Assembly (NCBI RefSeq): GCF_001194135.2
Contig: NC_068986.1
Span: forward strand, 96,397,585-96,437,207
Direction: 5' to 3'
Origin: Octopus bimaculoides
Taxonomy: Eukaryota
DNA length: 39,623 bases
Translations under genes and position numbers: made by a program
Notes under the pieces: generated by a model
The model's input: only the letters and a program-made list of their open reading frames with translations
What the model was told of the DNA's origin: nothing
The model's database searches: none
Part shown: piece after piece, positions 1 through 10,551 of the stretch
Layout: each line of letters opens with the position of its first letter
Numbering within the stretch: the first letter of the stretch is position 1

Positions 1-43
1 CTGGCGACGGCCACGCTCAAAATGGTGTATTTTACGTGCCACA
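1..43 (-). mobile_element. Fragment of RTE-LINE 3' UTR (family D), continuing off the window edge
   Basis: ACGGCCACGCTCAAAATGGTGTATTTTACGTGCCAC closely matches 25425-25460 (ACGGCCACGCTCGAAATGGTGTCTTTTATGTGCCAC), inside the RTE copy at 25234-25781. Confidence 0.75.
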
Positions 44-224
44 TTTACATATATACATATATATATATAAGTAGCTCCTGTGGAGGGCTCTTCATTAGGT
101 CTTGGGCCCAACAATGACACTTCATGCATTAAGTACATACTAAATTTTATTAAACTCGAAAAATATTCTTCAAGCAACGAACAATTTTCATCAAAACAAT
201 GATATAATTTGTCAACTTGGAATT

Positions 225-500
225 AATTGCAAAGCTGCATGATAAACAACAGTACCACCACCATTGCCACCACATCTGCCATACACACACCATTCAGACT
301 TCTGATGCCACCACCATCAATACCTTTGACTTCGCTGCCTTCACTTCCACCACAATCACCACTGTCTTTCACATCACTTACTCTTTGACTGCCTCATCAA
401 CTCACCCTAAATTTCTTTGTCTCTCTTTCTCTCCCTCTCTTTTTCTTTCTTTCTCTCTTACTGTCTGTCTTCACCACTGCCCTCACCATCTCTATACCTA
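225..500. repeat. Low-complexity CAC/CT-rich degenerate microsatellite tract
   Basis: Runs of CACCAC and CTCTCT; the overlapping 110-aa ORF is His/Thr/Ser low complexity. Confidence 0.8.
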
Positions 501-608
501 CTATTACTCTCACCCCAGTATGAGCAATAGTAGAAGTGTCAATGAATAGTGAGAGAAGGAGTCGAAATGTGACACACTGACAGACAGAAATTTTCACATT
601 TATTATGT

Positions 609-629
609 ATGTGTGTGTGTGCATGTGAG

Positions 630-674
<45 letters not shown>

Positions 675-676
675 GC
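609..676. repeat. Compound (TG)n/(CA)n/(TA)n microsatellite
   Basis: Directly visible. Confidence 0.95.
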
Positions 677-1115
677 ACACATATACTCCAGAGATTTACC
701 TAGCATATGATAGATAACTTTGCCTTTATCAGTAATATTTAAAAAAATATGACTATTGTATTTTTTATAATAATTATATTTTAACTTTTATAAAATTTCT
801 TGGGGCTTATACAGAATGATGAAATGAATACTACTTTTTAAAAGAAAAGTATTTATTACTAAATTTAAGACTTAATACATTAACAATGATGTACACATGC
901 ATTCTTAATATGTTTCAGTAAATTCAAATGTGAATATCCTCATTACTGTTATAATTTGTCTATGGAGAAAAAATTTTCCAGATTTCTCATTTGCATAACT
1001 CATCTCATAAATACTCTGCCATTTACTCCCCCACCTTTGCACCTATAATTCTTTCTCTCTCACTATGTGTATGTATGCGTGTTCTTTTACTCATTGTGTG
1101 CCACCTAGCCTAGTA

Positions 1116-1117
<2 letters not shown>

Positions 1118-1162
<45 letters not shown>

Positions 1163-1218
1163 GTCTATGTATGTATGTACGTATGGATGTATGTATGTAT
1201 GCATATATGTATGTACAT
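1118..1218. repeat. (ATC)n followed by (TATG)n microsatellite
   Basis: Directly visible. Confidence 0.95.
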
Positions 1219-1432
1219 ATATTTTATGTCATCAAACATTATATTACTAGTAAAGACATATAACTGGTCAGAATATTACCATCAGTGGCAATATTTGGCA
1301 TGAAACCAACTGTAACATTCTGACCAATTACATACAATTTGCCAGTAACATTTTTTTGGTGATGTAAAAATATTCCTGGTCTATTACTTATACTAGATGT
1401 ACTTTCATTTGTAACTTATGAACTACTAACTG

Positions 1433-1440
1433 ATATATAT

Positions 1441-1526
<86 letters not shown>
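1433..1526. repeat. (TA)n microsatellite
   Basis: Directly visible. Confidence 0.95.
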
Positions 1527-1528
<2 letters not shown>

Positions 1529-2665
1529 AAATGCACATATGCATGCATATGTTGAAAATACTAAATTGGGGATATAGGTTTAAGGCTCACTTACTTTTTA
1601 TCAATCTCATCATTTCCTGTTTATCTTCTTTCATTAATTTGATGTAAGGAAATGTGTAAGTCTATGTCTACATATGCATAACTTGAAATCACAAAAATAA
1701 CACAAGAAATACTTCTAATTTCCAAATCCTCTATCCAACTCTTTTTAACTTACTACACCGATTTCTCTGATGTAGCAAGATAAATAATATCTAAAAAGAA
1801 GAAAAAAGTGAAAACACTTCAAAAATAAAATAAAGACATTTTAAATCAAAAGATTTTTCCTCCCCACTTTTTTGGTTTTTTTTTTAGTTTTGATATCATT
1901 CCTGATAGGAAAATAATAATAAAAATACAGAGGCCAGGCTATGTTGAAAAGGTCATATTCGTTTACTGTCTTTCATTACAATAGCCATTAAGGGAGGTTA
2001 GAAAACAGAGGGAATAATGTAAAAAAATATTAATTGGAAAGTAAAAAGCATAAGCATTGATCAAAAATATTTCCATTGTGAGAGAGATATTATATCAATT
2101 ATTGGAGCAAAGCAAAAAAAAAAAAAAAAATCAAACATTATTTTTGTCTTTCTTCTGAAGCAGCCGAACATTTAGTTGATGGTATGGAAGGAGCAACGGG
2201 TCACAATCTTTCTTGCTAACACTAGTGATGTTTGGCAGCCATATTTAACAAGCAATTTATTACAGATTTTGTTTTAGAAAAATCTATTCTACTTGAAGTT
2301 TTATTTTTTTCATGAATTATATTTTTTGGCGGAATGTGTTCTTTTCTCACTATCATATACACATAAAATATTTAAGTTTCTTGGAAATTTCTCTGAGTTT
2401 TTTAACATTACTTTTTCTTGTAAGTTGTTATTGTTTAGCCTTGACCAATCCTGATCCAACAGACATTTGATCAAAAACTTCTTAGCCACGACAGTCATAT
2501 CCCTTATTTAGACATAGTTTATTTAATTTTACATTATTCAATGTGTATTTTCTACCTTATGTTCTTTTAGATGGCAGGCTGTCGAAATTTTTGACTGTTA
2601 TTTCTTCTATGTAAAGATGCTTCCTAATTTGCTCTTCTTTAAAGTTATATGTAGTGGATGTGTAT

Positions 2666-2667
<2 letters not shown>

Positions 2668-2728
<61 letters not shown>

Positions 2729-2737
2729 GCACATGCA
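2668..2737. repeat. (CA)n/(CATG)-type microsatellite
   Basis: Directly visible. Confidence 0.95.
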
Positions 2738-2761
2738 CAAAGAAAAATACACGTACTCACA

Positions 2762-3270
2762 CACATACGGTGCTTTCTCTAATCCATGTATCTGTAGCAA
2801 AAGTGATTTACACTGTCATGTGTGAGATGTTTGGGTCACGGTTGTTTAGGCTTAAATACTTGGATATCGACTCTACAAGCCTTTTCGTTCCAGCAGGTCA
2901 CATGACTTTGTGATTAGCCAAACTTCTTCGTATTGGTTGGTTTCCAGCTGTCCAATCGTGTCGGTGCAACAGTTTGAGGTGCCTACTGATCTCTATAAGA
3001 ATGACAGTTCACAACTGCTCTAGGTCTTTGGCACATGCCACTGACCACATGCAACTTGTCTCTGACAACGATGTAGCTGACACCAGCCAGTTTCCACTTT
3101 CACCTCTACCAGACACCTGCCTACATTGTTGCTGTATGAACACCACACAACCAACAGACCAACGGCTGCCTCTACACACCACCAAGCAGTACATCAACTA
3201 TGTCTACAAGATCAAAAGTCCAGCCTAACTATGAAGTCTCTCACACATCCTTGTTGTAACCTGTTATACT
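2762..3270 (+). other. Unclassified GC-richer island, probably a retroelement LTR-like or 5' fragment, with promoter-like motifs
   Basis: GC visibly higher than the flanks. GTCACATGAC at 2897-2906, ATTGG at 2932, CCAAT at 2952, TATAA at 2994. Shares TTTTCGTTCCAGCA (2882-2895) with 6429-6442. No protein family recognised. Confidence 0.35.
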
Positions 3271-3449
3271 TATTTTATTTCATGTATGGCAATCATTGTA
3301 TTTTATAATGGAGAATAAATCGTTACTTACCAATTCATTTTCATCTCAAGTCGTATATTATTTTTCACATTTTCCTTATTTACCATCTTCATTATATGTC
3401 TTTATGTGAAGTTAGAGAATATATGATAGATATTGCTTTTATTGTATGA

Positions 3450-4200
3450 AATTATATTATGGATCTGTGGCCTCTGTTGAACTTCATCTGATCGCATAAA
3501 GTAGAGAGCCAGTAGTTAATTTTTTGTTGCGTTCTGAAGAGAAGTGGGCCTATTTGGAAAACTTATGTCAAGCATACCATGTACCCATCAAATGACTCTA
3601 CGTACCAGCACTATTAATTCAGCTGGTTCTTTATTGTTTAAAAGTAAAACTTAATCAGTGTTTGCTGCATAAAATTTCCTATTTTGATAAGTTCAAAAGA
3701 TTTGTAAATTTCATCTGCCATGCAAGTAGTGAGGAAACATTCCTGAGCATTTGGAGAGATAGAAGCTGTGAGAAAGAAAGTCATCTGTTTTAAAACCATT
3801 ACTTGAGCAGAGTTCATTTTGTTGCAAGCATTCTGACCAGCTATTTGGTCTATAGCTAACTTGATATGCTACTTCCTATTGAAGAAACCCATGAGTCATG
3901 GAAGTCTTGTAAAAAAGGTCAGCTTCATACAAAAATAGAATCTCTTATCTTGAGAGTCAGCAGATCTTAACTTTCTCTCTCTTGTGAGGTTGTTTCCATG
4001 CAATATTCCTTTCATCTCTAAGCTACTACAGAAATAATCTTGAAATAATTTTTGTTTATGAGCCAGTTCTTGGAAAAGCTGTACAGGTTCCAGAGTACAT
4101 CTTGTATGCAAGATTCATTACCATCAAACCAGTTCCTAGATAGTCAAGTCGACTGTGTATACAGCAGTTCTGAAAAGAACACAAATAATTTATCTCTGGT
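3450..4200 (-). mobile_element. Highly decayed hAT-superfamily (Charlie/SPIN-like) transposase remnant
   Basis: Minus-strand translation across frameshifts gives NCCIHS (hAT C-x-x-H motif), then LFQELAHK..LFQD, FYFCMKLTFF, and near 3500-3590 GTWYA*HKFSK*..RNKKLTTGSLLYAIR, which resembles the hAT dimerisation domain (FGSTYxCEqxFSxMk...RsRLTD). Many stops; no TIRs found. Confidence 0.5.
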
Positions 4201-4614
4201 AAGCTTTTGTGCACTCACAGCATAACACTGTCTCTGGGTCAATGGAGGAGTCACAGCATTGTCACTACTCAGCCTGGTAGAAATCAAATCATCTCCAAAT
4301 CACTGCTTTACATTCTTAAAAGAGATTTGTTTTATAATGTAAACTTGACTATTTAAACATGTAAAGAAAAGAAAGTTAAGATAGCCATTGCTATTATGCC
4401 TTTGATCATAAATCTACTTAATCAGAGCCAAACCTGGGCTTAATAACTGTATGTCTTTGATTTAAGGCATACAGAGATGGGTGTGTCATTAATGTTAGGC
4501 AGAGGAGGAGGGGAAGGGCCAAGAAGCTCTTTAGGCTCTCCCTCAAACTAGTGAGATTGACATGGTTATCATGTTTAGCTTGAACATTAACAGCTTGACA
4601 GTAAATATATGAGT

Positions 4615-4885
4615 AGTGTATATATGTAGGTACAAGTGTGCGTATATGTGTGTGAATGTGTTTCTGTGTGAGTATGTGAGTGTATATGTGTGCATGTGAT
4701 TGTGTGAGTGCTTGTGAGTAAGTGAGTGTGTGTGTGTGTGTGTGTGTGTATGCATGTGCATATCTGTGCGCATGTGTGTGTATGCATGCGCATATCTGTG
4801 TGCATGTGTGTGTGTGCGTGCATGTGTGTGTGTGCGTGCATGTGTGTGTGTGTGTGCATGTGGGTGTGTGTGTATGTGTGTGAGT
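4615..4885. repeat. Degenerate (TG)n/(TGCA) microsatellite tract
   Basis: Directly visible; source of the His-Thr and Cys-Val ORFs in the track. Confidence 0.95.
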
Positions 4886-5010
4886 CTGCATATATGATGT
4901 TCCATATAACTGCTATTAAACATAATATGAATAGGTTATTTTGTACTTACTCACTATTTAATATAGATTAAATAGATTAGGGAAAGTGATATAATCCTAG
5001 AAATCATGAT

Positions 5011-5215
5011 GGTGGCTGGCTGAATCAGTAGAGTGCTAGACAATATGTCATGCAGTATTTAATAACAACCATTTATTTCTGAGCTCAAATCCTGCCAAAG
5101 TTGACTTTGATTTTACCCCTTCTGGGGTCGGTAAAATGAAATACTAGTGAAGTACTGGGACAAAAATGTTTGACAGTATCTCTTCTATAAAATTTGTGGA
5201 CTTGTGCCAAATATC
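5011..5215 (+). mobile_element. Diverged tRNA-headed SINE, family A
   Basis: GGTGGCTGGCTGAATC head, CTGAGCTCAAATCC B-box-like motif, GTTGACTTTG core and AAATTTGTGGACTTGTGCC tail, collinear with 10552-10961. Confidence 0.75.
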
Positions 5216-5702
5216 TTTCATTGAGGACAGAGAGTGATAACTAGCAGTAAAAAAAGATGACAGTAAAGAGAATTGAATGTGGGCAGATCTGATACTATCC
5301 CTTGCTGCACAAGTGGCAAAATGAAAGTAAGGTAGAGTGATAAAGGGCTGATGGTGAGGGAATTCAAACAGACAAACCCAATATCATTCTTCATTACATA
5401 GGCATTATGGTATAGTGAATAGGAAAGAGGAGAAGAGCAATAGGTATGGACTTAAAAAAGGATTATAATGGATGAGATGCCCAAATGGAGATATATTAAA
5501 CATCTCAACTTCTATCTCATCCACCACTTTAACGTCTGTTTTGCCATGCTAGCATGGGTGGGCAGGACTTCTTCAGCATAGCTCGTCACTGCTTATTGCA
5601 GTTCTTGTTCATTGCCTCTGTGTGGCTCAGCTTCATGAGATCAATTTTCATTACTTTGTCACATGTCATTTTAAGCCTCTCTCTTCTACTCTGTGCATGT
5701 GC

Positions 5703-5703
<1 letters not shown>

Positions 5704-5755
<52 letters not shown>
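5704..5755. repeat. (TG)n microsatellite
   Basis: Directly visible. Confidence 0.95.
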
Positions 5756-5759
<4 letters not shown>

Positions 5760-6289
5760 CACAAATAACAATAAGGATAAAAGAAAATGGTGAAAATATT
5801 TGTTTTTATAATGGCCATAGGGACAGTAAATATGTTTTTTTTTGCTTGGACACCGGCTTTTCTTAAAAGGTTTCCTTTTATCTTAAAAAGTAACTTTTAA
5901 TCATAAAAAGTTCTTAATCGATGAATTTTTATCTATATCTTATATATTTATATTTTTCTTATATATACGTATTTTTATATTTTTATATATTTGTTATTTT
6001 TTAGGTTTTATAATGTAAAAAAAAAAAAATTTTTAGACGCTGAAGTATTAATTTTTTATATTGTTTATATTGCGATAGACAGTACTTTTCACTTTTTTCT
6101 ATATGCTTGTCTAAATAAAATATTGTTTCATCTGTGATTTTGTGCATCCGTATTCTATGTATAAGAAAAAGCATTATGTTTCTTTATATGTGATTAAATG
6201 TTCGAGATGTGATATGTTAAGTGGATGACCTTAGATTTGTTGTTTGTTCTACAATCAAAGTTTGTTATATATATATATAGTATGCAGCA

Positions 6290-6490
6290 CAGAATTTTGT
6301 CAGTGAACAGGTCGCTGTCTCAAAGTGACGAAAATATTTCGACAAATTAAATTTAAATGTTGAAGTGAATCTAATGGTTTTTGTGTGTTATTTTAAATGG
6401 CTTATAAACGCTTTCCACGCTGCAATTGTTTTCGTTCCAGCACACGATCTCAGATCAGGTTACTTGCTATGCAAGTACATCTCCACAATA
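6290..6490 (+). repeat. Probable interspersed repeat end abutting (TA)n, unclassified (possibly Penelope-like LTR)
   Basis: CpG-containing segment after an AT-rich stretch; shares a 14-mer with 2882-2895; ends at a (TA)n tract. The class assignment is a guess. Confidence 0.3.
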
Positions 6491-6622
6491 TATATATATA
6501 TATATATATATANNNNNNNNNNNNNNNNNNNNNNNNNNNNNNNNNNNNNNNNNNNNNNNNNNNNNNNNNNNNNNNNNNNNNNNNNNNNNNNNNNNNNNNN
6601 NNNNNNNNNNNNNNNNNNNNNN

Positions 6623-6667
<45 letters not shown>

Positions 6668-6722
6668 ATGTATGTATATATATATATATATATATACATA
6701 TATACATACACACATATATATA
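6489..6722. other. Assembly gap (N 6513-6622) inside a (TA)n microsatellite
   Basis: N-run flanked by TA repeats. Confidence 0.99.
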
Positions 6723-7404
6723 TACAAGGAGAATGGTTTTGAAAATAATAACTTTTCAAAACAAAAGCAGGAAGCAGTTCCCTGAAAAAAAAAAGAAGAA
6801 ACAATATTAGTCATCATCAGCTAAAGATATTTTACTCTCACTGCTTCCTTAGTCCTATTTTAGCTTTTGAATATTCCCAGTGTTAAATATGCTGACATAC
6901 ACTTTGCTAATATTTGTTATGTGGATTGTGTCATAGAATTATTTAATATCTAAACAATTCTCTTTCCCTAAAGCAACAACTACATATTTCTTTTGTTTTG
7001 CTTACTTAATGATTCATTTGCTATAATTTTGGCAAGTTTGAGCAATGCCGTACTTCTGTTGATAAAGCTCAATGCAAGTAGAATATTTCCAGAGTTCTCT
7101 TTCGTATTTCTCTCCCCACTATCATTTCTTGCAAAAGATGAAGAAATAATATTAAACATATTTTCTTCTCATTGTATATGTTGTATTTTGAAATTGTAGG
7201 GAGTAATTTTGAGTAATTTTTGTGGAGGTGTAAAATCTTATTGATTTCAGCTTTTTACAAGTAAGATGAATAAACAATTTCATATATACTAATGAAAATA
7301 AATCTTATTTTTTGTCATTTGTTTATTCATTTATGCTCATTTTTCCATGCTTGCATGGATTAAATGAATATGTTACTATGGCATTATTTTACGGCTGTTT
7401 GCAC

Positions 7405-7655
7405 TTCCTGCCAAACAGCGATACCACAAACAGCCATACCTTTAACGTAGTTCTCAGGGATATTCAGCATGACACAGAATGTGACAAGACTGGCCCTTTG
7501 AATTACAGATACAACCTATTTTTGCCATCTGAGTGGACAGGAGCAATGTGAAATAAAATGTCTTGCTCAAGGACACAATCTGCTGCCAGGAATTGAAATC
7601 ACGACCGTAAGCTGAATACCCTAACCACTAAGCCACGTGCTTTCACAACTGAAGT
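7405..7655 (-). mobile_element. tRNA-headed SINE with a distinct 5' module and the family-B 3' module
   Basis: Minus strand: GCACGTGGCTTAGTGGTTAGGG (A-box), GATTTCAATTCC (B-box), GTGTCCTTGAGCAAGACA, then TGTAATTCAAAGGGCCAGTCTTGTCACA...GAGAACTACGTTAA as at 9575-9640. Confidence 0.85.
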
Positions 7656-7699
7656 GACAACCATTATACTGTTTGTTAATCATGCTTTTGGTAGAGCAC

Positions 7700-7848
7700 A
7701 ACACACACACACATGATGGGCTCTTTAGTTTCCATCTGCCAAAATTACTCACAAGGCTTTGAGCAGCCTGGGGTTATAGTAGAAGACACTTGCCTAAAGT
7801 GTTGTATTGGAAAGCAAACTTCTTAACCACACAGCCATGCTTGCACCT
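7700..7848 (-). mobile_element. SINE family C, 5' part
   Basis: ACTCACAAGGCTTTG..TATAGTAGAAGACACTTGCC..CTTAACCACACAGCCAT matches the reverse complement of 11889-12050 and matches 39540-39623. Confidence 0.85.
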
Positions 7849-8109
7849 TATATATATATATGGTTGTGTTTATATATAAGTGCTCTAATAAAAGCCTAAG
7901 TTTCCACATTGTGGGACTGAATCTGAAATCATGTGGTTGGGAAGCACCGCAGTCTATCAAGATGTATGATAGATACCACCTCTTCCTACAGTAGTCATTA
8001 TGTTGTGTTGCATTATACAAGGCATTCCACTCCAGCTGTGATTGATCAAGATGTATAATAATAAGGTTCCATCACCACTATCAACAACATCAACAACAGC
8101 AATGACAAG

Positions 8110-8345
8110 TTAGAAAGAGTTTACATGATCATTTGCCAGATGCTGCAGCTAAATCTTCCTCAAACATGCCTTACTATTTCATAAATTGGGAATATTGGAT
8201 AATGGAAAAAGGATTCGTGCCCATGGCCTTTGTAGGACCTCTAAGATATGTGAGATTGACTTGTTAGAAGAGTCTTTGATCATAGGTTTGTCAGTATTGT
8301 TAGAGTTGACCTGGGGTTAAACTACAACAACAGCAGTAATGACAA
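8110..8345 (+). mobile_element. Family E retroposon copy 1 ((CAA)n-type tail)
   Basis: CAGCTAAATCTTCCTCAAA...CTTTGATCATAGG...TGACCTGGGGTTAAACTACAACAAC. Confidence 0.75.
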
Positions 8346-8371
8346 CCACAACAACACTATGAACTGATAAA

Positions 8372-8550
8372 AGAGCCTCTATATGGTTGCCTGATCTGTT
8401 GCAAATAACAGCCAAATCTTATTCAAATCACACTTTAAGGATACAGAAAATGTAGCCTAAAAAGAATCAGGTGAATCTATGATCAAAGGCTGGAAAGCCA
8501 TTGATCATAGATTTATTCAATCACATCTGACCTGGGGCTAAATAACACAA
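8372..8550 (+). mobile_element. Family E retroposon copy 2
   Basis: CAGCCAAATCTTATTCAAATCACAC...ATTGATCATAGA...TGACCTGGGGCTAAATAACACAAC. Confidence 0.75.
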
Positions 8551-8571
8551 CATGACCCAAAGCAAGGCACT

Positions 8572-9030
8572 GGGCTCTACATGGTCATTTGACCTGTTAG
8601 AAATGATAGCCCTGTCTCTCAACTACAGTAGTTCTCAACCTGGAGTCCGCAAAAGTAATACTGATGGTCTGTGAATTTTAAAAGGTGCTGTAATGTGAAA
8701 TGTATAATTAATGACATACATATAATTATTCATTTAAATATATTGCTAAATTAAGACATGAAACTGGGCAAACAAGTTTGCTATTAGTCAATAAAATTAT
8801 TATTCAGTAGACATAAGTGTCAAAAGCCAAAGAAATGTGGGAAAATTTATTTAAACAAAAAAACTCCTTGGGAACCACTGCTCTACTATATCAAAAATGG
8901 AAGAAGACATATGTATCCAGGATGATGTATCCTAGAAACTTTATATCTTACACAAAGACAGGATGATACTCTTTAAGTGCCTTTCAGTATAGATTTATCC
9001 AATCACCATTCACCTAGGATTAAACAACAT
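8572..9030 (+). mobile_element. Family E retroposon copy 3, interrupted by a hAT MITE
   Basis: CTCTACATGGTCATTTGACCTGTTAGAAAT before the MITE; ends CACCTAGGATTAAACAACATC. Confidence 0.65.
8626..8880. mobile_element. Non-autonomous hAT (Charlie-type) MITE, 255 bp
   Basis: Left end CAGTAGTTCTCAACC; right end reverse complement CAGTGGTTCCCAAGG. 8-bp TSD CTCAACTA (8618-8625) / CTCTACTA (8881-8888), one mismatch. An 8-bp TSD with CAGTGGTT-type TIRs is typical of hAT/Charlie elements. Confidence 0.85.
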
Positions 9031-9385
9031 CAAGGGTTCAAATACCCAAGATATGGGTACAGGGACCATTTTTTTTATACTCTAGAGGTTAAGTATAAGT
9101 GCATAAAATTGTGGGGATATAAGTGTCTATGCCAGGTAAAAAATAAAATAGTGAATCTTTAACTTTATAAATTCACAAGCATGCAACTTTTATTAAATTC
9201 CTGCTTTGGTATTTTTTTGTTTATGTAGATCATTGGAGACTTTGTCAGTGGGGATTGTGAATTTGAATATGGTTACTTCATCTCCTAGAAATAAAAGCCA
9301 AATCTCCCTCAAAGTACATCCTGCTGTCTTACATAATGAAAGAACACATAAATAGCCTTATGTACTCACTCCTTACAAAAATATG

Positions 9386-9754
9386 GTGGAGGCGCAATGG
9401 CCCAGTGGGTAGGGCAGCGGACTCGTGGTTTCGATTCCCAGACCAGGCGTTGTGAGTATTTATTGAGTGAAAACACCTAAAAGATCCACAAGGCTCCGGC
9501 AGGGGATGGTGGCGAACCCTGCTGTACTCTTTTGCCACAACTTTCTCTCACTCTTACTTCCTGTTTCTGTTGCGCCTGTAATTCAAAGGGTCAGCCTTGT
9601 CACACTGTGTCACGCTGAATATTCCCGAGAACTACGTTAAGGGTACACGTGCCTGTGGAGTGCTCAGCCACTTGCACGTTAATTTCTCGAGCAGGCTGTT
9701 CCATTGATCGGATCAACTGGAACCCTCGATGTTGTAAGCGACGGAGTGCCAACA
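9386..9754 (+). mobile_element. Full-length tRNA-derived SINE, family B, with 11-bp TSD
   Basis: A-box TGGCCCAGTGG, B-box GTTTCGATTCC, (AAC) tail; perfect TSD ACAAAAATATG at 9375-9385 and 9755-9765; homologous to the minus-strand copy at 19348-19728. Confidence 0.92.
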
Positions 9755-10551
9755 ACAAAAATATGACATAGTTACAGCTGGAATGTTTAAACCCCTCTAT
9801 TACCATATTTCTGTTGAAATACACTTCCTTTGCTTCAACTAAAAACTGTCATTAATAAACTGGTGCCTGAAACAGATTAACATTTTGATGGAAGGCTTTA
9901 ATTTAGATCACTTTAAAACAGGGAGTTTGTTTTATAGAACTAGGGTGGTCACAGGTGGGTTGGTATCAAAAAGGTTTATCATAGGTCTGCATTTGGGGAC
10001 TAAACAACAAAAGTATTACCCCCAATATCACTAGCTGTATGTGTTGTTTCTTTTTGTTTTCTCTATGTATGTGGAATAAAACAATATTCTCATTCTACTA
10101 GGGTGGTGGTGAGCATTGTTGTAACCATTAGTAAATTTATGGTACATCAATTCTGAGAGTTTCTTTTATTAGTTGAGACATGTTCACCTCATTGACTCTA
10201 GTAATGTCAAATAGAACAAATATCTCTGTACTTCATTTCACTTCTTCCTCATTTCTAAATCTGAGTGCCTTGATTAAACTTTTAGCATTTAAGCTGGCCA
10301 TATTCAGCGCAAATATTCTGTTTAATGTTTAAGCAGGTTGGATCCAGCCTCTGACACCTGGCCAACAATGTTATTCTAAAAACAAACGATTACATCATCA
10401 AAATTTTGAAGGTGCAAGAAATTGCATGATTAATTCAGAACAATGTGAATAAATGAGGCTTACATTTGACAGAGTAATCTAAATGTTAAAAGGTTAAAAG
10501 AGAGAAAAATCATTATTCTCCATGTACTACTTGAATATCTATATCTATCTA

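Noticed and set aside
2140-2660. Possible Tc1/mariner transposase remnant on the minus strand (VYDSEKRTHSAKK vaguely like FQQDNAPxH)
   Set aside because: Similarity is too weak; no DDE triad or TIRs could be identified.
3331-3399. Minus-strand 69-nt candidate exon (HIMKMVNKENVKNNIRLEMKMN) with GTAAGT donor
   Set aside because: Weak acceptor, and splicing to either candidate micro-exon downstream creates TGA; it lies beside the hAT remnant.
4122-4169. Minus-strand 48-nt candidate exon NCCIHSRLDYLGTGLM with a good acceptor
   Set aside because: Better explained as the CxxH motif region of the decayed hAT transposase.
9386-9450. tRNA-like sequence with A- and B-boxes (also at 19660-19728, 11889-11950 and others)
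   Set aside because: These continue into SINE bodies, lack a complete cloverleaf or acceptor stem, and one copy is flanked by a TSD. They are SINE heads, not tRNA genes.
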